IMG/VR virus record: IMGVR_UViG_3300027707_000015 | Location: 942-64,941 of that record | Length of the DNA: 64,000 nt | Direction: 5' to 3' (one strand) | Source: a virus | Lineage: Duplodnaviria > Caudoviricetes | Part shown: piece after piece, positions 62,777 to 64,000 of the stretch | How the letters are laid out: every line of letters begins with the position of its first letter | Position numbering within the stretch: the stretch's first letter is position 1 | Program-made: the position numbers and the translations under genes | Notes under the pieces: generated by a model | Seen by the model: the letters and a program-made list of their open reading frames with translations, nothing else | What the model was told of the DNA's origin: nothing | Databases searched by the model: none

Positions 62777-63065
62777 ATGAATCCTTGATATCTTTCTTAA
62801 GTCTTTCTACATCAACTTTAAAATCTATTTTTTTGATTTCGTCTTTGTATTCTTGAAGTGTACTAATCAACACATCCGCAATTCCTTCCGCAGTTTGTGT
62901 ATCTAGTTCGTGTTTGACGTCGATCTCCCATACCCTGCCATCTGTAAAATCTAATCTCACAGAGTCCAGATAAGCCACAGGCATGGTATTCATATAGAGA
63001 TCTTCAAAAACCTCCGGCCATTCTTTTACAAGGTGGCGCGGAGGTTTGAATAGCGGATTAGGCAT
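62760..63065 (-). CDS. Hypothetical protein
   Basis: Start reassigned to the ATG at 63065 (MPNPLFKPP...), which overlaps the upstream stop. Confidence 0.65.
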   Translation of the reverse strand: MPNPLFKPPRHLVKEWPEVFEDLYMNTMPVAYLDSVRLDFTDGRVWEIDVKHELDTQTAEGIADVLISTLQEYKDEIKKIDFKVDVERLKKDIKDSSKNIF

Positions 63066-63708
63066 CGACAGTTTCTTCTGCCTTTTTAACCTTCTTGACT
63101 GTAGGGTCGAGATCTTCTGCTTCTTTACGCAATCTTGCCGCTTCTTTGTACATGGCATCAGCTTGACTGCGATATGATTTTGCTAGATCCTTGTCACTAA
63201 GTGCAGCGTTGGTATTAGCCTGTGCTCTGATAGGTGCAGGAATATCTGAATCAACTGCGGGTGCTGTGTCATTTACTGAAGCTACATCAGTGACTTGGGC
63301 CTTAGCGGCTGGAGCACCTGATACAAATGTGCATAAATCGTCTACTGTGCAGTTTTTCTGTTCCGCAATCAGCGTGTTAAGATTAGCCAACAGCACAGTG
63401 TCGTTGGTTGTAGGAGTCATCATCACGGTATCTGTGGCCACTTTTACCAATCTATTATCTGCCTGCATGGCTCGCAGCATGGGTCTGCCATCCTGGAACG
63501 GCCGGATGTGCATGATTTCGCCAAACTCAAATGCGTCTTGAGCTTGATCGGTTTCTACCAAAGTCATGATTGAATCATGATATTGATCTGGCAACTGCGC
63601 TACAGGTAATACCAGAGCCATGTTTGACTCTCCGGGCAGAGTTCTAAACACCACTAGCACCTTGGCACCTGTGTTTTGAATCCTTCCTATGTGTTTTAAG
63701 CTTCTCAT
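63058..63708 (-). CDS. Hypothetical protein
   Basis: 216-aa ORF on the operon strand, coupled to both neighbours. Confidence 0.75.
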   Translation of the reverse strand: MRSLKHIGRIQNTGAKVLVVFRTLPGESNMALVLPVAQLPDQYHDSIMTLVETDQAQDAFEFGEIMHIRPFQDGRPMLRAMQADNRLVKVATDTVMMTPTTNDTVLLANLNTLIAEQKNCTVDDLCTFVSGAPAAKAQVTDVASVNDTAPAVDSDIPAPIRAQANTNAALSDKDLAKSYRSQADAMYKEAARLRKEAEDLDPTVKKVKKAEETVDA

Positions 63709-63948
63709 TTAGGCTTCCTTTTTAGATACAGCTTCAAGGAAGGAATTTAGTTTGTTGAAACTTTTACCAACTGCCTCCAATTCTGCTGCTTTGAACGCTC
63801 CTCTGCTTGTTGCAACTTCGATGATATTTTTTACAGCTAGCAGATCGCTGATATTTAAATCAGGACCTTGTGCTGTTGGTGTATCTGTTGCCGCAGGCGC
63901 TGCTTCGGCTGGTGTCTCAACTACTTGATCTTTAACTTCTTCTGACAT
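63709..63948 (-). CDS. Small hypothetical protein
   Basis: ATG at 63948 after an AAGGAG RBS; LNISDLLAVKNIIEVATSRGAFKAAE pattern recalled from small T4-like phage proteins. Confidence 0.7.
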   Translation of the reverse strand: MSEEVKDQVVETPAEAAPAATDTPTAQGPDLNISDLLAVKNIIEVATSRGAFKAAELEAVGKSFNKLNSFLEAVSKKEA

Positions 63949-64000
63949 TAGTTTCTCCTTAGGTGTGGGCATGCAAGCATGAAATAGGTCAATTCTTTTC

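Noticed and set aside
1-64000. Alternative genetic code (stop-codon reassignment)
   Set aside because: Core genes are full length in code 11 and tile the window; TAA, TAG and TGA all end genes.

Overview
64 kb of a lytic, T4-like (T4 superfamily) jumbo myovirus genome, about 97% coding in the standard genetic code. No tRNA, rRNA, CRISPR array, integrase or host genes were seen. From left to right it holds: (1) the head module end (partial acidic core-like protein, glycosyltransferase-like ORF, portal gp20), a tape-measure-like gene, and the divergently transcribed gp26/gp51-like hub chaperones; (2) three related Ala/Pro/Gly-rich candidate internal head proteins; (3) a ~460-nt highly structured non-coding segment directly behind a minimal GIY-YIG nuclease, then an Hc1-like protein, gp46/gp47 and the late sigma factor gp55; (4) the baseplate module (gp48/54-like, gp53, hub, gp5-like, gp25, gp6, a 4608-aa giant protein) and four paralogous fibre proteins; (5) a ~13.4-kb late-expressed sugar-modification island (glycosyltransferase-like genes, two radical SAM enzymes, an SGNH protein, UDP-glucose dehydrogenase). 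The strongest unexplained signals are the structured RNA-like element 3' of the GIY-YIG gene, a -1 frameshift cassette (slippery U UUU UUC plus a perfect 13-bp stem) that would fuse gp26 to gp51-like, recurrent TAAATA-N4-6-ATG spacing implying leaderless late mRNAs, and the candidate virion-glycosylation island. All protein names come from motif recognition by eye, not from database searches. All RNA pairings were found by hand.
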